Assembly: GCF_001194135.2 (NCBI RefSeq)
Contig: NC_068995.1
Span: 266,872 to 317,337 of the forward strand
DNA length: 50,466 nucleotides
Origin: Octopus bimaculoides
Taxonomy: Eukaryota
Direction of reading: 5' to 3'
Part shown: piece by piece, positions 49,661-50,466 of the stretch
How the letters are laid out: every line of letters starts with the position of its first letter
How positions within the stretch are numbered: position 1 is the stretch's first letter
The notes under the pieces: generated by a model
Database searches by the model: none
What the model was told of the DNA's origin: nothing
What the model saw: the letters and a program-made list of their open reading frames with translations, nothing else
Made by a program: the position numbers and the translations under genes

Positions 49661-49902
49661 TTAGAAAATATACAGGAGACACCTAGCTAGATAAAGCATG
49701 GGACATTTTGTTTTTGTTATTGCTGGGAAAGGTATGAAGGTCGCATCATCTTATTTTTATTTCTTTATTATAAAATATTTTTCTTAATCATATTATTTTA
49801 CTGACGAGAAGGTAATATTTCGAACGCAGTCCATCCGTGAAAGCAGCAGAAAGATTTGGTATCATAAACCTTATAAGACGGGGGGGAAGTTATCAACAGA
49901 CA

Positions 49903-49954
49903 GTGACAGGACCCGAACCCGCAGCTCTCGAGATGCCGGCTGAGTACTCTACCA
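49903..49954 (-). pseudogene. tRNA-like fragment (pseudo-tRNA or SINE head)
   Basis: Reverse complement TGGTAGAGTACTCAGCCGGCATCTCGAGAGCTGCGGGTTCGGGTCCTGTCAC has A-box and B-box-like motifs with tRNA spacing, but no acceptor stem. Confidence 0.45.
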
Positions 49955-50404
49955 TAATGTTTGTTAATTTTTTGGTGGGATTAGATATGACAGCGTTAAT
50001 GGTTCGAGAGATGAAGGAAGGAAGTTATGTTCAGATGGAAGAACCTCACAAAAATCCAGGCAACAAAATGGATTCTCATTAAAGGCCCCAAGAGACCAAG
50101 GAGAAGGAAGGGTATATTCTGGTTGGTGTGTGTATGTGGGAGGGGCTACCCAACCGACGGAGTAGATTTTTACCTCCATCTACAAACGTTGGTGATTATG
50201 TAAAAGAAAACTAGTAAAAAATACTGATTTGGTTTAGAAATTTGGAGGAGGAGGAGAGCATCCGATTATATCGATTCTGCCACGTGATTGGGTTTTTATT
50301 TTATCAGCTTCAAAAGACAAAAAAAAAAAAGATATTTAAAGGTAAATCTTCGTTCTGCGAGATTTGAACTCAGAACGTAAAAATCCGAAACAATAATGGA
50401 CAAT

Positions 50405-50466
50405 GTTTAAATTTGAAGAAATTGGAAGTCTGCAGGTGCTAAATCTGGCGAATAGGGTGGGTGAGG
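50405..50466 (-). mobile_element. Mariner transposase fragment running off the window end
   Basis: Minus strand PHPPYSPDLAPADF, the diagnostic YSPDLAPxD motif of mariners. Confidence 0.8.

Overview
Eukaryotic, AT-rich, extremely microsatellite-dense scaffold sequence with 11 N-gaps. The repeat content (tRNA-derived SINEs with a CORE-like segment, decayed LINEs, mariner relics) points to a coleoid cephalopod, probably Octopus; this is an inference, not a search result. I found no intact protein-coding gene, CRISPR array or operon-like system. Nearly all listed ORFs are microsatellite or N-gap read-throughs. What can be supported is a graveyard of decayed mobile elements: R4/Dong-clade RLE LINE pieces (5.6-7.2, 25.2-25.6, 44.3-44.8 kb), two Tx1/L1 pieces (23.7-24.2 and 37.1-38.0 kb), two RTE pieces, three Tc1/mariner relics, one MITE, at least three SINE-like families and a 120-nt 5S-rRNA-derived sequence. 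Family labels A-D are my own working names. Best leads: (1) the two Tx1 pieces are consecutive parts of one ORF2, 13.4 kb apart in opposite orientation with a short overlap, which suggests an inversion through one element; (2) a 5S-derived SINE3 candidate; (3) a SINE family that carries a variable internal microsatellite; (4) hammerhead-ribozyme-like relics; (5) a hairpin that sequesters the Tx1 AATAAA signal. All alignments were made by eye, and element boundaries are approximate.
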